Below are positions 62,188 through 64,000 of a stretch of 64,000 nt of DNA, in pieces. Below the pieces are notes generated by a model. That model had not been told where the DNA came from. It made no database searches and saw nothing but the letters and a program-made list of their open reading frames with translations. The stretch lies in sequence record PQ309151.1; one strand, 5' to 3'. Numbering within the stretch: position 1 is the stretch's first letter; each line of letters begins with the position of its first letter. The translations under genes were made by a program, and so were the position numbers.

Positions 62188-63077
62188 TACCGCATCTCCT
62201 CTTCGGCCTTGTTGATTTTGTAAATCAAACCTTCCGACTTGTCGCGCAGGAGTTTGATCTCCTTCTCGACGCTCGGGTTCGACTTACCGGCCTGAGCTTC
62301 TTCCAGGAGCAGGATACGCGACTGGATGCGACGGAGGTCTTCCTGTGCTTCCTTGTAGCGCCATGCCTGGAATTCGACGATCCACTTGCCGATGTGGAAG
62401 AACGGGTTCAGGCTGACCGGGATGAAACCCATCTTGAACGGGTCCATCTTCAGTTTGCCAAACAGCGCGTTGTTATCGTCGCTGTCCACGTCCACCTTCA
62501 CGTTGGGGATGTCGTCGAACTTCGCCTTAAACTTGTCATCCGACAGCGATGCGAGGACTTCCAGGAAGAACGGGAAACGCGAATCGACCCAGGCAGCTTC
62601 GCCTTTGGTCATGTTGTCCTTCTGATAGTCCTCGTACATGCCGATAGCATCGGTCTCGTACACCGTGACTGCTTCGATGAACTTGCGGCTGAAGCGATTC
62701 AGGAACGAAGCGCTGTCCACCAGTTGCATCATCACAGCCGAGCGGTGATCGATCGTTGCTTGCGACACGGTGTCAGGCATCGACTTGCGGATTTCCTGAG
62801 CCAGGATATCCAGGTTCTTGGCGACGTGGTGGAGACGTTCCTTCAGGTCTTCGATGACAGCCGCGTTGCGTCCCAGACGGAATGCTTCGCGATACTTTTC
62901 TTCGTAACCGAGGACCATCTCCGACTTCGGCTTGTGGGTTTTGAACGCCGCAGCAGCAGTAGTGACGATCGGCAAGGTCTTGGTGCTCAGATCCTGCTGG
63001 ACCACATCCAGCGCGGTAAGCACTTCGTCCTTGCTCGTCACACCTTTGAGCGACTTGACGTAAGCGTTGATGTTCAT
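62187..63077 (-). CDS. virion head protein (phiKZ gp90-like position)
   Basis: 296 aa; MDPFKMGFIPVSLNPFFHIGKWIVEFQAWRY followed by a coiled-coil C-terminus. Confidence 0.7.
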   Translation of the reverse strand: MNINAYVKSLKGVTSKDEVLTALDVVQQDLSTKTLPIVTTAAAAFKTHKPKSEMVLGYEEKYREAFRLGRNAAVIEDLKERLHHVAKNLDILAQEIRKSMPDTVSQATIDHRSAVMMQLVDSASFLNRFSRKFIEAVTVYETDAIGMYEDYQKDNMTKGEAAWVDSRFPFFLEVLASLSDDKFKAKFDDIPNVKVDVDSDDNNALFGKLKMDPFKMGFIPVSLNPFFHIGKWIVEFQAWRYKEAQEDLRRIQSRILLLEEAQAGKSNPSVEKEIKLLRDKSEGLIYKINKAEEEMR

Positions 63078-63090
63078 GGTGGCGTGCCTT

Positions 63091-64000
63091 TTAGAAACTC
63101 GGTGCGTTGCCGAGCTGGTAAGCTTTCAGAATATCGGTGATCGACGTGCTTTCCTTCTGGTTGGCTGCCTTGCACTCACGGATCGACAGATCCGACACCG
63201 ACGGGATACCGGTCGTGTAAAACTGCACACGGTCGTATTCCGTATCCATCACCGCCACGATGAACAGACCCGTTGCGTCGAACAGCCGCTGGCGCGCCTT
63301 GAAGTTGCTGAACTTGTCGTTCATCGCCAGTTCAACCTTCTTGATGGTTTCCGTCGTGGTCACCACCAGGTTCGTCGAATTGGCCACCGACGGGTTGAGC
63401 GACAGCATGCCGGCAAACTTGTTGTTGCGGCGCTGATTCGCCAATGCCGTGTAGACGCCCGTCTTGTCCTGCATCAGGGTCTTCTTGTGTTCCTTCACGA
63501 GGTCACGTGCCGTGAGCAGATCGACCAGATTGATCTGACCGCTACGGTACTTGATCCAGCGCGAGGACACATCGTTGTCGACGTGACCGGTCGAGAGCAG
63601 CTTCGACAGCAGGTCCGGGACCATCGTCGAGGCTTGCAGGCGGATCATGATCGGCAGTGTGCCCTTGTTGCCACCGGCCGAGATCTGCACTTCCAGGAGC
63701 TTGCCCACCGACAGGTTGGACGCTTCCTTGATCACCTCCGTCGAACGTGCTGCCAGGCCACCCGGTTCCGAGATTTCATTCTCGCCACCGAGCATCTGCG
63801 TAGCTTCGTTCGAAATCGACTTGAACGACGGCAACTTGTGCTTGAAGCTTTCGTTGGACATCGTCCAGATTGCGCCAGCAGTATCGATGGCACTGTCTTT
63901 GGGCGAACGGTTCGGATTGAGCTTGTCCAGGTGACGCGCGACCGCGATGTTGTCGATGCTAGCCTGGAGCATGTTCCAGGACAGCAGATAGTATGCCGAA
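63091..64000 (-). CDS. virion head protein (phiKZ gp89-like), 5' end outside the window
   Basis: The frame stays open to the right edge (...SAYYLLSWNMLQASIDNIAVARHLDKLNPNR), so the track Met at 63972 is internal. Confidence 0.72.
   Translation of the reverse strand, partial: SAYYLLSWNMLQASIDNIAVARHLDKLNPNRSPKDSAIDTAGAIWTMSNESFKHKLPSFKSISNEATQMLGGENEISEPGGLAARSTEVIKEASNLSVGKLLEVQISAGGNKGTLPIMIRLQASTMVPDLLSKLLSTGHVDNDVSSRWIKYRSGQINLVDLLTARDLVKEHKKTLMQDKTGVYTALANQRRNNKFAGMLSLNPSVANSTNLVVTTTETIKKVELAMNDKFSNFKARQRLFDATGLFIVAVMDTEYDRVQFYTTGIPSVSDLSIRECKAANQKESTSITDILKAYQLGNAPSF

Noticed and set aside
1-64000. Stop-codon reassignment or alternative genetic code
   Set aside because: Core genes (NrdA, NrdB, RNAP subunit, MCP, DnaB, ThyA) are full-length under the standard code and coding density is high.

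Overview
This is a 64 kb segment of a phiKZ-like (Chimalliviridae-type, probably nucleus-forming) jumbo phage genome, about 55% GC, with almost all real genes on the minus strand. A Burkholderiales host is inferred only from GC content, codon usage and the look of one tail-fibre gene. Conserved core blocks: (i) class Ia ribonucleotide reductase nrdB-nrdA plus glutaredoxin, with a 138-aa mini-intein at the NrdA catalytic Cys; (ii) a non-virion RNAP beta-N subunit, the major capsid protein and a plus-strand DnaB-like helicase (phiKZ gp123/gp120/gp118-like order); (iii) thymidylate synthase with two large insertions; (iv) a collagen-like tail-fibre cassette; (v) a baseplate/inner-head structural block (phiKZ gp89-gp101-like order) cut by the right edge. 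Between them lies a dense accessory region (about 19-45 kb) of short early genes. It contains a tandem array of 5-6 winged-helix proteins, a protein with an IF2-N-like domain, a NUDIX hydrolase, a stand-alone QueC-like enzyme, a HAD phosphatase, an RHH protein, a holin-like protein and a secreted Pro/Gln/Tyr-rich protein. Three recurring cis-motifs are visible: phiKZ-type early promoters (TATATTAC-like, 8 copies), hairpins followed directly by TATG rather than a U-tract, and a TTTTA(A/C)AA box at early-gene starts. No tRNA, rRNA or CRISPR array was recognised. Family assignments come from motif recognition by eye, not database searches, and phiKZ gp numbers rest largely on synteny and size.
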